From positions 143,350 to 207,349 of IMG/VR virus record IMGVR_UViG_3300028591_000083: a DNA stretch of 64,000 nt; one strand, 5' to 3'. Shown piece by piece: positions 47,459 through 57,613 of the stretch. The stretch is from a virus (lineage: Duplodnaviria > Caudoviricetes). The translations under genes were made by a program, and so were the position numbers. The notes under the pieces were generated by a model that saw only the letters and a program-made list of their open reading frames with translations, ran no database searches and had not been told where the DNA came from. Position 1 is the first letter of the stretch; each line of letters begins with the position of its first letter.

Positions 47459-47494
47459 TAGCGGAATAGCATCTTCTACGTTATGCACAAATAG

Positions 47495-47911
47495 TTATTC
47501 ATTTAGTGTTTTCTTCTGTGTGCATTTTAACGTAACAATATCAGGCTTCTCTTTCTTAAATGGTTTTAGGTCATTCGGATTGATATCGCCATGATATAAC
47601 AGTGATTCCAGAACATCGAAATCTACATAATCTTTCTGCTTTACAAGATCAGGTTTATTCAATGTTTTACAATATTCTGTCAGAGCTTCCTCATCCCAAG
47701 ATACATTCGGTCTTGACGAAACATTCAAACTAATGCCGCTATCAGATACAAATTTAGTAACACCGTAGTCAGCCATTGTTTGTTTAATAAACAAATTTAG
47801 TGCTTTTCTTTTGTTATCGAAAGACTTTGCTTCTTCATCAGCGGCGTTATAATCTTCACATAGTTGATTCAGAGTGTCTTTCTGAATCTGTGTTAAAATG
47901 ATCTCAGACAT
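47495..47911 (-). CDS. Gp157/Gam-like coiled-coil protein
   Basis: Helical N-terminus, then VSWDEEAL...KDYVDFDVLE pattern. Confidence 0.45.
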   Translation of the reverse strand: MSEIILTQIQKDTLNQLCEDYNAADEEAKSFDNKRKALNLFIKQTMADYGVTKFVSDSGISLNVSSRPNVSWDEEALTEYCKTLNKPDLVKQKDYVDFDVLESLLYHGDINPNDLKPFKKEKPDIVTLKCTQKKTLNE

Positions 47912-48266
47912 CTTCGGTTACTCCTTTTTTAGTATAGGTACAATACTTCTGATTGAACTCTGCCATGATTCCGGCTCTACCTCTCGGAAGATAATCCTGA
48001 AATTTCATAATCTCAGGAATCGAACTTCTGTACCAGTATCTTGGTCCTCTACTATGAATTCTTACATAATCTGGCAGTTTCGGCATATCTTTCGGCTTGC
48101 TGTAATTAGGATCTTCCTGCCACTTATACCACATTGTGAGTGTCTTTGTACTTACATTCAAAATTCCGCTGACCTCAGAAGCAGACAGCAAATCGGAAAA
48201 AGCACATCCGGCAATATTTTCAATCTTAGCAATTTCTTTCTTAGTCATAATTACCTTTCCTTTCAA
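47904..48266 (-). CDS. MerR/excisionase-like HTH protein
   Basis: LSASEVSGILNVSTKTLTMWY...GPRYW. Confidence 0.6.
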   Translation of the reverse strand: MKGKVIMTKKEIAKIENIAGCAFSDLLSASEVSGILNVSTKTLTMWYKWQEDPNYSKPKDMPKLPDYVRIHSRGPRYWYRSSIPEIMKFQDYLPRGRAGIMAEFNQKYCTYTKKGVTEDV

Positions 48267-48268
48267 AT

Positions 48269-50014
48269 TTAATTTTGTGACAATAGATAATTTAGTATTT
48301 TCGGGTTCTTAAAGATATCTTCTTCCTTATCAATTATGATATCGGATATCTTTCCTTTTCTGTATACAATGTTATGTATACGTTCGTCTATTGTTCCTTT
48401 ACACATCAATGTTATAATGTTTGGACTTTCCTTTGTACCTATTCTATGTACTCTATCTTCGCATTGATCTTTTTTGGCTCTGTTCCACGGTTCATCTAAA
48501 AAGATTACAGTAGATGCTGCTGTAAGAGTTAGACCAGTACCCATTGCATCAATCGTGCCTAAAAGAACTTTGCAAGACTTGTTCGTCATGAACCTGTCTT
48601 TTTCGGCTTCTCTGCAATCAGTATTTTCTCCTGTATACAAGGCAGGATTAAAACCTTTTAACTTCAACAAATCAAATGCTGGATTTATAATATTTGTCCA
48701 GTTACTAAATATTAAACATTTCTTACCATCCTCTACTACATCCTCCACAAGTTCTAACATTCTTTCAAATTTAGGATTATCTGAGACTTTAGACGTTAGT
48801 ATTGCAGGATTTCCAGTTACTTGTCTAAGTCTAATCAGCATTGTTAATGGATTTGGGCTTATCTTAACTCTATCAATATCTGCCAAAATGCTATCCAAAA
48901 CATCTTCATATAACTTTATCTGAGGCTTTGTCATTTCTACAAATTCATTTATATAAATCTTTTCCGGCAGATCAAGTACATCCTCTTTCAATCGCCGTAA
49001 CATACATTTATCGACAATCTCTTGTAGCTCCGGAAGATTCTTATATCCTATGATTTGATGATTTCCGAAACCTCCCATAACACAATAGTGATTTCGGAAT
49101 GAGAACAGACTATGCTTTTCAAATTCCAACCAATATAGAATAGAATAAATATCTATTGGGTTATTCATTATTGGTGTTCCTGTCATTGCTATCTCATATT
49201 TTGTATTCAATGAAAGTAATGCTTTACCACATAATGAGTTTGGATCTTTGATATTTCGATGACATTCGTCTGCTATTATAACAGAAATCTCTCCATTTTT
49301 AATCTGTTTTTGTAGTTCTTCAACAATAGGAAATACCGTTTGCTTCTTATATCGTTGAACTCCGCCTTTTCCTTTTGTTTTAAGAGGAACTTCAATCTTC
49401 TTATTATATCGCAAAGTCTCAATATTAGTAATAATAAAGTAATTAGGATTTGTTGGAATATTCTTAATATCATCCAATCTATCTTCATTAGAACCGATAT
49501 ACTCTCTTCCGCGCTTAGTTACTCTCGTTCCTAGAATATATCCTGTCTCATCTGTATGGATCTCAACTTCATTTTTCCAGTTATATTTAATTGAATTGAT
49601 ACAGGCTATAATAAGAACGTGTTTTACTGACTGTTCTTTTTTAAGAATACACGCCAAATCGAGAACCGTTTTCGATTTTCCCACGCCCTGCTGATCAGCC
49701 AGTAAGAACTTATGGTGACTTAATCCATACTCAATTCCTTCTATTTGATGTTTATATGGTTTTGTTTTGAATTCATACCATTCTGGAATTGATGTAATTG
49801 TTTCTTCTGGTTCTTCTTGCTTCTCATACTTTATTTCATATTCATATCCGGTCAACACGGATATTAGATTATCTAGTTCTGATTCTAAAATTTCCCATGT
49901 TCCTTCACTTGGATTCCATTTCCGCACTTTACGCGATCTCATGAACTGAACAATAGATTTGTCATACTTTGTCTTGACGTATAGTTTGTGGTTCTTTACA
50001 AGTATCTCTACCAA
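48269..50014 (-). CDS. SNF2-family helicase
   Basis: ADQQGVGKS, DECH, MTGTP, MLRRLK, QCEDRVHRIG. Confidence 0.92.
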   Translation of the reverse strand: MVEILVKNHKLYVKTKYDKSIVQFMRSRKVRKWNPSEGTWEILESELDNLISVLTGYEYEIKYEKQEEPEETITSIPEWYEFKTKPYKHQIEGIEYGLSHHKFLLADQQGVGKSKTVLDLACILKKEQSVKHVLIIACINSIKYNWKNEVEIHTDETGYILGTRVTKRGREYIGSNEDRLDDIKNIPTNPNYFIITNIETLRYNKKIEVPLKTKGKGGVQRYKKQTVFPIVEELQKQIKNGEISVIIADECHRNIKDPNSLCGKALLSLNTKYEIAMTGTPIMNNPIDIYSILYWLEFEKHSLFSFRNHYCVMGGFGNHQIIGYKNLPELQEIVDKCMLRRLKEDVLDLPEKIYINEFVEMTKPQIKLYEDVLDSILADIDRVKISPNPLTMLIRLRQVTGNPAILTSKVSDNPKFERMLELVEDVVEDGKKCLIFSNWTNIINPAFDLLKLKGFNPALYTGENTDCREAEKDRFMTNKSCKVLLGTIDAMGTGLTLTAASTVIFLDEPWNRAKKDQCEDRVHRIGTKESPNIITLMCKGTIDERIHNIVYRKGKISDIIIDKEEDIFKNPKILNYLLSQN

Positions 50015-50027
50015 TAATATCTACTCC

Positions 50028-50123
50028 TTATAGTAATTCATCTAGTTTTGTGTAAATCTCGTGTTTGTCAATGCGCCCAGAAACAGAAAGTTTATCTGAA
50101 ATCCAGTTAAAATATAGTATCTC
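50028..50123 (-). pseudogene. 3' remnant of a fifth DUF29-like paralog
   Basis: Translates EILYFNWISDKLSVSGRIDKHEIYTKLDELL*, matching the C-termini of paralogs 1-4; no start codon. Confidence 0.75.
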
Positions 50124-50131
50124 TTAATTAT

Positions 50132-50160
50132 AGTATAACACATAGTAAAGAATTTGTCAA
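50132..50160 (-). promoter_or_regulatory. sigmaA promoter
   Basis: TTGACA-17-TATACT with TG. Confidence 0.82.
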
Positions 50161-50192
50161 GTAGTTTTAAAAAATAATTTTTATTTAACTAA

Positions 50193-50228
50193 AATAAACC
50201 GCCTATCTGCTGAGATAAGCGGTTTATT
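50193..50228 (-). terminator. Intrinsic terminator
   Basis: aataaaccgc...gcggtttatt stem. Confidence 0.75.
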
Positions 50229-50238
50229 CTTGTCAAGT

Positions 50239-51123
50239 TTAACCCTCTCTGATTGCTGCGATCAGCTTAGGCATGACAACAGAGTCAAAAGTTACGTTCA
50301 TAAATCTTGTCTCAGCTTCGTTTTCAGTCTGTCTGCGCTTCTTATGAGTTTCAAAGTCTGCCATTGCATTCACAACTCCCCAACCAGTGCCGAGGAAGTT
50401 CTGATTGTCTTCTGCATTATAGCACTTAAAGAAGTGGGATCTCTTTTCTTCCATGTGCTTTTTCTCTACCTTAGAGATGTTTTCTTTTGCGATATCAAAG
50501 AACTTATCAACGATTGCATAAAGTCTGGAATCAGAAAGTTTAATCGTTGCAAGGTCTTCTGCTTCGAGTTTCAGCGTGTTCATATAGTTTACAGTCTGAT
50601 TCAGGAGTTCCTTTGCCTGATTCATTCTTCCTGCAAGCTGTCTGCTATGTCTGATCTTTACAGTATTCTTCATCTTACGGAAACTAATGCTAAATTGATT
50701 TTGACAAACAAATCTGAGAGGACAAATAGTTGCTTGCAGATTGTAAAGACCATTGTGACTATTCTGCATGATAAGGTGCGGAGTAAAGGTATCACCGAGA
50801 ACTGTAACATCCGGAAGTTTACCGATAATGTAAATCATTCCAGATTTAGTTTCTCCGGCTTTCTCAAATTCAAGACCTTCAATTTCATCTACGAAATTGA
50901 AAGAATCTTCATTCTGACAGACCTCATAACGCTTAGAGACAACGCCAATGTACTCGCCGTTATCTTTTACGGTTGCAACTCTGTCATCAATCTCAAAGCC
51001 GTTCGGCAGAAGAATAGGGGACTTAGAAACTGTATAATCCAGTCTCGCTTCTCTCAGCACATCTGCTGTGGTCTTGCATCCTGTTACTTTCTTTCCGATT
51101 GCGTTCCATGTAGCTGTTCTCAT
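50239..51123 (-). CDS. DUF932 family protein
   Basis: IGVVSKRYEVCQN, NSHNG, RFVCQNQ, IRH, GTGWGVVNA. Confidence 0.85.
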   Translation of the reverse strand: MRTATWNAIGKKVTGCKTTADVLREARLDYTVSKSPILLPNGFEIDDRVATVKDNGEYIGVVSKRYEVCQNEDSFNFVDEIEGLEFEKAGETKSGMIYIIGKLPDVTVLGDTFTPHLIMQNSHNGLYNLQATICPLRFVCQNQFSISFRKMKNTVKIRHSRQLAGRMNQAKELLNQTVNYMNTLKLEAEDLATIKLSDSRLYAIVDKFFDIAKENISKVEKKHMEEKRSHFFKCYNAEDNQNFLGTGWGVVNAMADFETHKKRRQTENEAETRFMNVTFDSVVMPKLIAAIREG

Positions 51124-51183
51124 AATCGTTACCTCCTAAGATTTTGGTTGTTTTATTTCAGGTTTCCCTGACCTTGTAAATAT

Positions 51184-51212
51184 AGTATAACACATTTATG
51201 CTGAAATGTCAA
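51184..51212 (-). promoter_or_regulatory. Strong sigmaA promoter
   Basis: TTGACA-17-TATACT with TG. Confidence 0.82.
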
Positions 51213-51334
51213 TACCTTTTGAAATAAAATAATGACGAATTATATTTGAGATTTTTGTGCAAAACGATAATTTGTTAAATGTGATGATAGGCGCGATATT
51301 TTTCTTTTTAAGGTCTTCAATTCTTATCCCTAAA

Positions 51335-51480
51335 GTAATCAATAATCAATATCAATTTTTTATTCTTATACAATATGTTATTATAATAAGATATTATATA
51401 CTTATTGTTTAATTACTATTATATTGATTGTTTAGTATTTATTGATTTAGTAATTAAGAATATATTATATATTATGTTAC
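51335..51480. other. Extremely AT-rich non-coding tract (candidate origin/DUE)
   Basis: Very few G/C over about 145 bp, between the structural and replication modules. Confidence 0.35.
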
Positions 51481-51499
51481 ATTTTGCACCTTATAAAAT

Positions 51500-51535
51500 G
51501 CACTCCAAGAGTTATAAATGTAACTCTCAGAGTGC
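51500..51535 (-). terminator. Terminator of the tail operon
   Basis: gcactc.aagagtta/taactct.agagtgc hairpin followed by a U tract. Confidence 0.7.
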
Positions 51536-51577
51536 CAAAACATAAAGTATATTAAGTTGAAAACTTTTGGTAGTTTT

Positions 51578-54500
51578 TTATCTCGCTATCTTTGTTGTAT
51601 AGATTGCTCCTTCTGGATAATTGCCACCTTCGCCGCGAACATCCCATTGCCAAACCCATTGATATACATCTGGATTTGAAGATACTTTCTGTTTGATGTA
51701 AGAACCCCATCTATAAGTTGATGTGTCTTCATCATACTTACACATACACCATTCACCTTGTTTGTATACTGAGTAATCGCTTGAACGCTGAATGAGTATA
51801 TAGATATCTGTTGGATCAACTAATGAACTTGGTTCTGGTAGATTGTCTGGAGTATTTACTTGTCTGACAGCTATTTCTGTGCTCGGATCGTGGTTTTCAT
51901 CCAAGTATGAACATAATGAGTTTGGAACAGCATACATTGTATAGATGTAGTCAGAACATATAATTCTTCTAGGTGATCCATAAGTAACCAAAGCACCGGT
52001 AAGCCATCCTTGATACCACATATCTGTTCCATACGTAGTACCTTTTATAATGTTATCCCATTGAATAGCTGTTCCTTGATAATTGATTTCTCCTAGATTT
52101 GAATATGAGAATGCGCAGTGTCCGATTGACTTAAGATTTGTTCCAATAGTGATAGAATCAAGTCTTGGACAAAGAGCAAACATATGATCACCAATCATAT
52201 GTCCTTTGAATACAACTACTTGTAAACTCTTATTTAACATAAATACCCATTTTCCAACAGGCGGCGTAACTTCTGGAAGTGTTGGGTCATCAATGTAATC
52301 CCAATAATCAGGATCGTCACCAACACTCTCAGGAATAGTAAGAATACCGAATCCACATCTATAAAATGCAGAGTTTCCAAGTTTAACAATACTATTCGGC
52401 ATTCCGTCAGAAATAATATTTCCGTCAAGTGTTTTCAGTGTTGTTAGATTTTCACAACCATAGAACAAAGCACTTCCTATTTTCGTAATGTCAGAACTTA
52501 TAGCAAGAGACTTAATTCTTGTTTCTCCAACAAGCGGAGAATACGGAGAACCATTTATCCAAGAGTGAGCGTCTTCAACAGATGTATTTTCATCATCATA
52601 ATATCTATAGTCTACATAAACTGATCTGTCACTTGAATCAGGAGTTATGCTTGAAATTCTACCGGTTTTGTAAGTTATGATTCCAAATGTGTCAGAAGTA
52701 ACAGTGCCATCAACAACTTTATAAAGCGTTCCTCTATTATTTACTTCATCATCAAATACATCTTTATATGTATCTGCCCCGACTGTAAGAATAACGCTTT
52801 GATAAATTACAAAAGGAGCACTTGTTGAATCTGATTCTTCTGGTAAATCTAATTTGAATGTTGTCTCATCTGCTAATATTGTATGTGTTTCTCCTGTGAC
52901 ATTTATAATTGGATTAGAAGATGCATTAAAGTTAGAACCAGCTCTACCATAATCAAATGTTTCACCAGAACCATTAAGATATGCACTTACTTCTGTTGTT
53001 ATAGTTGAGTGTAGAGGGAAATTTGAATCATACGGATCTGTCACTGTGTCTTGTGCTCTTTCGGTATGTTTGATAACACTATACTGTACGTTCTCACCAC
53101 AAACACCGGAAAGAATAACTAAGTCAGCAACAATATCAAACAAATCGCTGATATCATTTCTGTTTCTTGTTGAAAGTCTGCTCAGTGCTTGAATATCGTT
53201 CTCACAAATACGTAATCTTCCTTTAAGAACAGCAACATCATAACTAAGAATATTTATGTCCTCAGTATGTCCGTTTACAATATTTGTAAGACTTGAAATA
53301 TTGGTTGTGTTCTGTTCGACTTGTGCTTCAACACCGTCATTGCCGTTCGGACCGTATATCGTTAGTTCAAGTCTTTCTAGTCTTGCAAGAAGTTCATCTG
53401 AGATTGACATGATCTTGTTTTCAAGCAGACTTCTAAGGCTCTCTCCGTTATCGCCGTAAATCTTACTAATGTGAATATAGGCTTCTCTATTTGTTTTACC
53501 TTCCTCATACATAATGTTTGCGAATACGGAACAAGATTCTTTGTCAAAGTTTGAGTTTGTTGGGTCTGTTGACATTACAAGATTGAACACAACTAAATCT
53601 TTATCTGTAATATCTGTTGGAAGTTTATATGAGAATTCAATTCCCTTGTATATATCTACATCAATTAAATCAGTTCCACGCAGATAATCAAGACCGTCAT
53701 AATTCAAAGAAATAGTAAGAGGAATTTCAACTCTCCATTGATATTGATCCCACTCAAAAGCAAATCCGTTTATCATTGAATCTGTATCAGCATGGGCGTT
53801 CACAGAATATTGATATTTAGTGGTTAGGAGTGTATCAAATCTATCATCAAAATACGGGAAGTATTCATACGCCGTAATAGATGTTTTTGGAACATATTTA
53901 TCTACAATTTTCATTGGCATTAGATAATCATCAAGAACTACATTATCCAACACACCGGAAGAAACAGAAATTTTAACAGTTGATGCTGTTGGAGAGTATG
54001 TAGAGCTTCCATAAAACCATTTATAGAACGTCAGATTATCTCCGAACATTCTCTTTGTTAATGCCTGATATGCTGCATCATCTCTGACTGAGTAACTTGT
54101 ATTCAGTCGGCAACGTCTAATGTAGTTGATAGGATCTTCAACGCCAATTAGTGTAATATCTGTAAGATTATCAAATGTTACAGGCTCATCACTGTATTTA
54201 TATGGCATAACAGAATCAGTAATTGTTCCGTTAATCAATGTCACATTGTTATCTTCGCAGTCGCATCTATTTAAGAATCTCTTATTGTCAGAATCAATGT
54301 CTTTATGATATAGCATATCTCTTGTGCAAGGAAGTGATGATACAGTTGTTCCGTATTTAGAAACACCACTATATGAATAATCTGGCTGAACGATATTTCC
54401 AAAAGTATCTTCATTAAGATTACTATACTGAGCTTTCAGTGCTGTTCCACAACCATTGAATTTTACTTTTGCTGAATCTGTCGCACCTGTCGGATAAATA

Positions 54501-56047
54501 ACATTGTCAACAAGACTGCTATATCCTAGTTGCATATACAGTGAAATATATTTGAACAGCATTGGATAATAATTCACGAAATCTGCCCAAGCAACCAATT
54601 TCTCAGTTGTAACAGCTTTAATTTCTTCTTCTGTTGGCTGAGTTTGAGATGTATTGTTGCTAGTAAGGTACATTCTCTTTATATAATGTAAATATCCTTC
54701 AATAAAGATATTTCCAACAGTAACAGAATCATCATCAGCACAAATCAAACCGTCCGGGCAAAGTCTGCCATCAGAAGTCATAAAACAAACAGGAACCTTG
54801 TTTCCGTCATAATTAAGTTTTCTACCTTCAGGAATATCAGAATCTTTAATACAGTAGTAAGAAAGCGTATTCTTTACTGTAACATTTGCGAATTCAGCTT
54901 GACTGGAACTGAAAGCATTAACAGCATCATATGCAGATATCTTTGTAAATATATCGGAAAGTGGATCTCCGGTAACAGTTATTGTGTTTACACCTGAATA
55001 TCCTGAAATATCATCTTTTAGAATTTTACGTCCTGTTGCTGCGTTATATAGTGAATCAAAATCATATAGATTTCTAGGCATTGTTGTTAGAATACAGTTT
55101 GAAAATGCGGGTTGCGGTGACTGTTGCAGTGCAGCGATTGGAGCATTATTGTCTATATCAACTAAAGTTGATTCAGTATTCGGATATGATCTACTCTTAA
55201 TCGGGCAAATATCGTAGCTGAAAAACATACTAAAGATATCTGTGAAACTAATAAAATAGTTTCCGATATAATAAGTATCGCCGGATTCATTCTTTACAAA
55301 CTTGTACTTGATCTTAATTGGATAGTACACAGTAAATGAATCTGCTCTTACAAATGCAAACGGCTGATTAAATTTCAGTGTTGCTGAATCTGCAATAAAT
55401 TCTCTAATCTCATCAGCGTTTTCAAACGGCTGTGCTGGTTCTGTCTCCGTATCAATTACAGTGTTTTTATAGTTGATTGTTCCTGTTCCTTGTTGAATTT
55501 CTTGTAGAAAATCATTTGAATAATTGATACAGATATATCCGACAACCTTATTTTGCTTATATGCATTTGTCCAATTTTCGGCAAACTGAGGATTATTTAC
55601 GGAATCATACTGATATTCGCTATATACAAAATCATTTAGATTCTGTTTAATAGCATTCTGATTTCCAGAATTAGACAAACCAAGAACAAACTCATTTACA
55701 CCATATGTATCTAAATCAATAGAGTAGTTTACATCAGCTTCATCATAATCAAGATGTCCTTCTTTTGCGATCTTGAAAAGATATCCGTCAGAACTAAACA
55801 TACCGGATGAAAGTTCTATTGATGTTCCCTTATCAAGAGCAATAGAAAGATGCTTGTCTACATCATCACTATCTTTTCCTACAATAAATGGCTTTTGAGA
55901 CAGTTTTTTGTTTGCCCATTTAAGGTTTTCTTCGGAATTAAAAAGTCCATCATTTTGAGAATTTGCAGACGGACTAGCCTTAATGTTCACAGACGGAACA
56001 GAATCTAAAATGCTATTTTCAAGTCTTTCAATAATTCCTTCACTCAT
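51578..56047 (-). CDS. Large tail fibre / receptor-binding protein with coiled coil and BspA-type LRRs
   Basis: End of baseplate operon; heptad region, then ITKIGSALFYGCENL, VKLGNSAFYRC, LKSIGHCAFSYS. Confidence 0.7.
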   Translation of the reverse strand: MSEGIIERLENSILDSVPSVNIKASPSANSQNDGLFNSEENLKWANKKLSQKPFIVGKDSDDVDKHLSIALDKGTSIELSSGMFSSDGYLFKIAKEGHLDYDEADVNYSIDLDTYGVNEFVLGLSNSGNQNAIKQNLNDFVYSEYQYDSVNNPQFAENWTNAYKQNKVVGYICINYSNDFLQEIQQGTGTINYKNTVIDTETEPAQPFENADEIREFIADSATLKFNQPFAFVRADSFTVYYPIKIKYKFVKNESGDTYYIGNYFISFTDIFSMFFSYDICPIKSRSYPNTESTLVDIDNNAPIAALQQSPQPAFSNCILTTMPRNLYDFDSLYNAATGRKILKDDISGYSGVNTITVTGDPLSDIFTKISAYDAVNAFSSSQAEFANVTVKNTLSYYCIKDSDIPEGRKLNYDGNKVPVCFMTSDGRLCPDGLICADDDSVTVGNIFIEGYLHYIKRMYLTSNNTSQTQPTEEEIKAVTTEKLVAWADFVNYYPMLFKYISLYMQLGYSSLVDNVIYPTGATDSAKVKFNGCGTALKAQYSNLNEDTFGNIVQPDYSYSGVSKYGTTVSSLPCTRDMLYHKDIDSDNKRFLNRCDCEDNNVTLINGTITDSVMPYKYSDEPVTFDNLTDITLIGVEDPINYIRRCRLNTSYSVRDDAAYQALTKRMFGDNLTFYKWFYGSSTYSPTASTVKISVSSGVLDNVVLDDYLMPMKIVDKYVPKTSITAYEYFPYFDDRFDTLLTTKYQYSVNAHADTDSMINGFAFEWDQYQWRVEIPLTISLNYDGLDYLRGTDLIDVDIYKGIEFSYKLPTDITDKDLVVFNLVMSTDPTNSNFDKESCSVFANIMYEEGKTNREAYIHISKIYGDNGESLRSLLENKIMSISDELLARLERLELTIYGPNGNDGVEAQVEQNTTNISSLTNIVNGHTEDINILSYDVAVLKGRLRICENDIQALSRLSTRNRNDISDLFDIVADLVILSGVCGENVQYSVIKHTERAQDTVTDPYDSNFPLHSTITTEVSAYLNGSGETFDYGRAGSNFNASSNPIINVTGETHTILADETTFKLDLPEESDSTSAPFVIYQSVILTVGADTYKDVFDDEVNNRGTLYKVVDGTVTSDTFGIITYKTGRISSITPDSSDRSVYVDYRYYDDENTSVEDAHSWINGSPYSPLVGETRIKSLAISSDITKIGSALFYGCENLTTLKTLDGNIISDGMPNSIVKLGNSAFYRCGFGILTIPESVGDDPDYWDYIDDPTLPEVTPPVGKWVFMLNKSLQVVVFKGHMIGDHMFALCPRLDSITIGTNLKSIGHCAFSYSNLGEINYQGTAIQWDNIIKGTTYGTDMWYQGWLTGALVTYGSPRRIICSDYIYTMYAVPNSLCSYLDENHDPSTEIAVRQVNTPDNLPEPSSLVDPTDIYILIQRSSDYSVYKQGEWCMCKYDEDTSTYRWGSYIKQKVSSNPDVYQWVWQWDVRGEGGNYPEGAIYTTKIAR

Positions 56048-56062
56048 GTTAATTCCTCCCCA

Positions 56063-56923
56063 TTATTCATTTTCAATCAGATTGTAGATTTCAATATTCT
56101 TATTAGGAACAACAAGAATGTCTTGTGTTACTGGTGTAGGTTCTGTGTTTTCTTCAGTACCGTCCTCAACAAACGGAATAGCAAATCTAGTATCCTGACC
56201 GATAGCAGCGATTGTTATAACCCAATGAATAATCAATGTATCATCTGCACTTAACCACACTGTATTTGTGTGAAGCGTTGTTCCTCCTTGCCCATCATCA
56301 ACTTGAACATTTCCAAGTTTAACATAAGCAAGTAAATCATCCGTTCCGATAACATTTCCTGCAAACAATCCAAGCTCTGTTATAAATACTTTATTTCCAT
56401 TAAATTGAGGATTTAGTGCATTCGGACCTATTTCACAGTAATAATATATTCCGTCCATATCCGGAAAAACATCTTCTCTGTTCGATATTGTAGTTTTTGC
56501 TCCATTTATTTTTGGTCGTTCAGATCTGTGCGTTCCTTTATCTAAAATTTCAAATTCTTTTTCTAATGTTGTTGATGTATAAGATACGTCTTGATTCCAA
56601 TAAGAGGATAATAAAGGAACAAGATTTCCTTCATCATCTCTAGGAGTATTTGGATCAATTTCAAACACACTGTCATTTACTGTAGTTCCACCGAAACCAA
56701 CACTAAAATAATGTGGAATATACTTTACATTACTTTCCTGTATTTGACCGTGTTTATTTGGATCAAATGTGCCAAGCAAATGTTTTAGAAGTCCAACAAC
56801 CATTGTTCTAGTACACTTATTGTGAACTTCAAACTCATTCTTCAAGTTTCCAAAATTATCAACAACAGAAATATGTACGTTATTTCTTATTTGGAAAACA
56901 TCTGAATTCTTTACCACAATCAA
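56063..56923 (-). CDS. Baseplate / tail-fibre attachment protein
   Basis: HN.., VG.G, ITELGLF, LLAYV, LIIHWVI. Confidence 0.6.
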   Translation of the reverse strand: MIVVKNSDVFQIRNNVHISVVDNFGNLKNEFEVHNKCTRTMVVGLLKHLLGTFDPNKHGQIQESNVKYIPHYFSVGFGGTTVNDSVFEIDPNTPRDDEGNLVPLLSSYWNQDVSYTSTTLEKEFEILDKGTHRSERPKINGAKTTISNREDVFPDMDGIYYYCEIGPNALNPQFNGNKVFITELGLFAGNVIGTDDLLAYVKLGNVQVDDGQGGTTLHTNTVWLSADDTLIIHWVITIAAIGQDTRFAIPFVEDGTEENTEPTPVTQDILVVPNKNIEIYNLIENE

Positions 56924-57612
56924 TCATCCCTTTCTATTGAGAAAGTATCATTTGATTCAAGATTTTCAAGCCATGTTGGATCTGCAACGGTTGAAAAGTT
57001 TACGATTGATTTTTCAACGGCAGATTCAGTATATGGGTCATATTTGTGCTTGTCAAGATTTACATTTGCCGATACCGCTAGAACATCGGAATTTATACTT
57101 CTGCTTACAATAGATCTTAGTTCAATATCCATTCCAAGAGGTCGAACCCAATCAAGCAAGTCTCTAACCATTGTATATGTATGTGGGTAATCAATGGTTA
57201 TAAGACCTTTTTTATAATCAATTCTAATTTTTATATGTTCTAGTGCTGTGACATAATCAGATTCCATGAAAATTTCATTATTGTCTTTCGATATATCAAG
57301 AGAAGTAATACTTAATGCTGTTGCCATCCTCAATCCAATCTTACATCCTCTGTACCGCTCCATGAGTGCAAAACAATTTAGAACAGCTCTATTGGAACTA
57401 AGAGTATCTGCAAAGTTGTACTCATAGTTCAACGTCTTTGCCATAAGAGGAAGTAATTGTTCTGGACAAGCATATGCATCATAAACATTTCCAATATTAT
57501 CAATATCGTACTTGCATACAGTGAGAATCATGTCAAGTAGTTTTGTGAATACTTGCATATCTCTTTCTTTTCTGTAGACTTGTGGGATGTAATTGTTTGT
57601 TTCTAGTAACAT
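56920..57612 (-). CDS. Baseplate wedge protein (P2 gpI / T4 gp7-like)
   Basis: YIP..Y, CPEQLLPLMA, YRG, VRP.G. Confidence 0.65.
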   Translation of the reverse strand: MLLETNNYIPQVYRKERDMQVFTKLLDMILTVCKYDIDNIGNVYDAYACPEQLLPLMAKTLNYEYNFADTLSSNRAVLNCFALMERYRGCKIGLRMATALSITSLDISKDNNEIFMESDYVTALEHIKIRIDYKKGLITIDYPHTYTMVRDLLDWVRPLGMDIELRSIVSRSINSDVLAVSANVNLDKHKYDPYTESAVEKSIVNFSTVADPTWLENLESNDTFSIERDD

Positions 57613-57613
57613 C

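Noticed and set aside
50230-51171. 313-aa plus-strand ORF
   Set aside because: Antisense shadow of the DUF932 gene; no RBS, promoter or recognisable motifs. The other plus-strand ORFs in the track are rejected on the same grounds.
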